Shown: piece by piece, positions 62,602 through 64,000 of the stretch
Layout: every line of letters begins with the position of its first letter
Numbering within the stretch: position 1 is the stretch's first letter
Assembly: GCA_030390025.1 (NCBI GenBank)
Contig: CM059432.1
Location: forward strand, 69,628,001 to 69,692,000
Length of the DNA: 64,000 nt
Source: Squalus acanthias
Lineage: Eukaryota
Direction of reading: 5' to 3'
The notes under the pieces: generated by a model
What the model saw: the letters and a program-made list of their open reading frames with translations, nothing else
Databases searched by the model: none
What the model was told of the DNA's origin: nothing
Translations under genes and position numbers: made by a program

Positions 62602-64000
62602 GGCCTAGAAATTGGATAAAGCCCGAAAACGGGCACGGGCAGTGAGAAGCGCTATCTGCCTGCACCTGTTCAAAGTGGTGCAGACAGCACCTAAAATTCG
62701 TGCTGCCTGCTCATTGTAATGATTGCAGTGCTGCTACGTGCTGCTGATTGACTTAGCGCTGAACAGGGGGGCCAATATCGGGTGTAGTCTACTGGCCAAT
62801 AAAGGTTGGCCTAGGCTCTCTGCACTATTTAAAAGGGAGGTGCTTTGTTGCAGCATCTCATTGTCATTGGTCCGGATTTTGCAGTCGGCTGCATAACTAA
62901 GGGTTATGCCGCTGGCATCCGAACGGAATGCGCACTTACCTGCTGGGAACCCTCCTTCGAGAAGCTGCTGTCAGACACTGCGGGGTTGAGTGCAGTGTAG
63001 TGGCCTACGGATCCCAGGAGCGCACCATGTACGTTAGCGTACCTGGGAACACGTGGGCCGGTGCGCCAATCAGCAAACAGAAGGTCTCTCATTCACCCCC
63101 AGTCTCTCTCAAACGGGCCAAGAGGGTATAAGTTTCATCGAGGGAAATTCTTGAGATTTTTCTCCAGAATCGTGTTCTGTACATTTCCGGGAGAATGAAT
63201 GATTAATACTATTAGAGATCATCTTTGTGTGCTGTACCAAAACATGTTTTTTTTGTCTCCGATTTCCACTTTTTCTCTTGCAATAAAGAAGTGCAGATCC
63301 AATATGTAGTTCGTGATGCCGATTTATGAGTAGTCTTCCTTCCAAAGTGATAGGAATGTATGGGGCTAGGCAGTGAAATGATTTAGCTACTTTTGGTGCC
63401 GCAGTCCATAACGCTGTCAAAATAAAGTTTGTAAGTATGAAAAGCCAGAAATGTGGAGGTTTTAGGTTGAGTCCAGGCACGGAAATTCTGTCTAGTAAAT
63501 TGCCAGTCCAACGCATTTACTTGGATTTGTCAGGAGTAATTGTGGTTTCATTGTTGAAGCGGATGATCTGTCAAGTCGGAACTTGACAGAGCGCAAGTTC
63601 GGGATTTGCGCATGAGGAAGTCACGAACTTGTTGTCCATTTCAAAGGCGGTGTGACAGTGTAGTCTGAGAGTACGCTGTCATATCGACCGCAAATTTTGC
63701 CCCATTGTGTAGAAAGCCATGGCCCTACAGCCAAGAGAAACGATGAGGAGATTTTCAGGTGTGGCACTGGAGGCCTTGGTCCTGGGGGTTCAAAGACTCC
63801 ATCAGGTTTCTCTAACCGCAGGGGGACAAGACACCTTCAAGGAAGTGCAGCAGAAGGCTGTGGGAGGAGATCGCTGAAGCCGTCACTGCAACGAGTGTTG
63901 GCCCCAGGACCTGGATCCAGTGCCGCAAAAAGTTTAATGACCTCACACAAGTGGTCAAGGTGAGTGAATGCATCATCAAATGCCATATCCCACCATCTGC
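62602..64000 (+). mobile_element. Harbinger family C copy 2, left part (Myb exon 1), continues past the window; contains a nested non-autonomous element at 62869-63703
   Basis: Terminus ggcctagaaatt and colinearity with 27254-27830. The nested insert has imperfect TIRs (ggtccggattttgcagtcg / cgaccgcaaattttgcccc) and TSD ATT. Confidence 0.85.

Overview
This is eukaryotic genomic DNA, most likely from a cartilaginous fish (inferred from a shark-type V-SINE and the CR1/L2 families present). Most of the window is degraded, nested transposable elements: CR1-clade LINEs, an L2, three families of two-gene PIF/Harbinger DNA transposons with their MITEs, SINEs, and short Penelope-like (PLE) termini. 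These lie in or near the introns of a + strand host gene. Four GT-AG exons (42686-42867, 43081-43167, 51378-51516, 59446-59597) splice in frame into consecutive PLAT domains and resemble, from recall, the long PLAT-containing form of RP1. Two findings stand out. First, a roughly 3.7 kb duplication carries a candidate 90-nt phase-1/phase-1 exon whose two copies differ by about 12%, against about 3% in the adjacent intron. Second, five short PLE-derived insertions carry minimal hammerhead ribozyme folds with visible covariation, and two of these sit in long hairpins. Most ORFs in the supplied track are TE remnants or antisense artefacts. All alignments and counts were done by eye and no database searches were run.
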